NCBI RefSeq assembly: GCF_963921235.1
Contig: NC_086109.1
Span: 23,872,001 to 23,936,000 of the forward strand
DNA from: Mobula hypostoma
Taxonomy: Eukaryota
Direction of reading: 5' to 3'
Length of the DNA: 64,000 bases
Part shown: one piece after another, positions 63,603-64,000 of the stretch
How the letters are laid out: every line of letters begins with the position of its first letter
Numbering within the stretch: the first letter of the stretch is position 1
The notes under the pieces: generated by a model
What the model saw: the letters and a program-made list of their open reading frames with translations, nothing else
Told to the model about the DNA's origin: nothing
The model's database searches: none
Position numbers and translations under genes: made by a program

Positions 63603-64000
63603 AATATCTCAAGTGGAGTATCTTCTTGTGTAAAGTTTTCAGGTATTTCCTTTTCCAAGGGTAAACAGGACAATACATCAGAATTTCCATGATTAGTTGC
63701 CCTCATAAAATTGGTCTTGTAATTGTCTCCTCCAGGAAAGAGAACCCGTGTCTGAATTCATGCTGCTGCTGTAAGTGGAGCACCTTACTGTGGATTGAAC
63801 ATGGACACCAGTGAGTGATGATCAGTGAACTCTCTCCCATACAGCTATCGATTGAAACGTTTTACACCCCAAATCAGACTCAAGGCTTCTTTGTCAATCT
63901 AAGCCTAATTTTTCTCTAGAGCGGTAAGGGAACATGATGCAAAGGTTATGGGGCATTCACTTCCATCATTCATAACATGTGACATGACTGCCCATGTACT

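Larger units (their letters stand above)
57575..64000 (-). mobile_element. Decayed Gypsy pol (RNase H at ~63610-64000; integrase at ~57575-59300), interrupted by an LTR insertion and a CR1
   Basis: WPALPWQKIHVDYAG..LVVVD; GIPEHLVSDKGPQF..HPATNGFVERFVQSLK; GCLMWGLRVVVP..FVWWPGID; NHGNSDVLSCLP. Confidence 0.88.

Overview
Vertebrate genomic DNA made mostly of transposable elements. The repeat spectrum (CR1 LINEs, Rex1/Babar LINEs, V-SINEs, Deu-SINEs, Penelope-derived repeats, Gypsy LTR elements, hAT and Tc1 MITEs) points to a cartilaginous fish, probably a ray; this is an inference. I found no intact host protein-coding gene, and the ORF-track entries I could assign are decayed TE fragments, their antisense frames or tandem-repeat frames. 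The only clearly host-like segment is a TE-free, CpG-rich region at about 9.1-10.2 kb. It looks like a promoter with minus-strand 5' exon(s) (ATG TCT CAA G|gtaaca) and a candidate non-coding 58-nt exon at 7403-7460. The remaining ~54 kb consists of nested insertions, many with readable TSDs. Most notable are a 2.3-kb solo LTR holding a ~36 x 33-bp minisatellite, palindromic Penelope-derived elements with hammerhead-ribozyme cores, a gag+integrase-only Gypsy with both LTRs and TSD, a sushi-like Gypsy with ~80-bp LTRs, and a near-full CR1 with an SGNH-type ORF1. I cannot support a genuinely new biological system from sequence alone. TE family names come from motif recognition, not database searches. 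Boundaries without TSDs are approximate.
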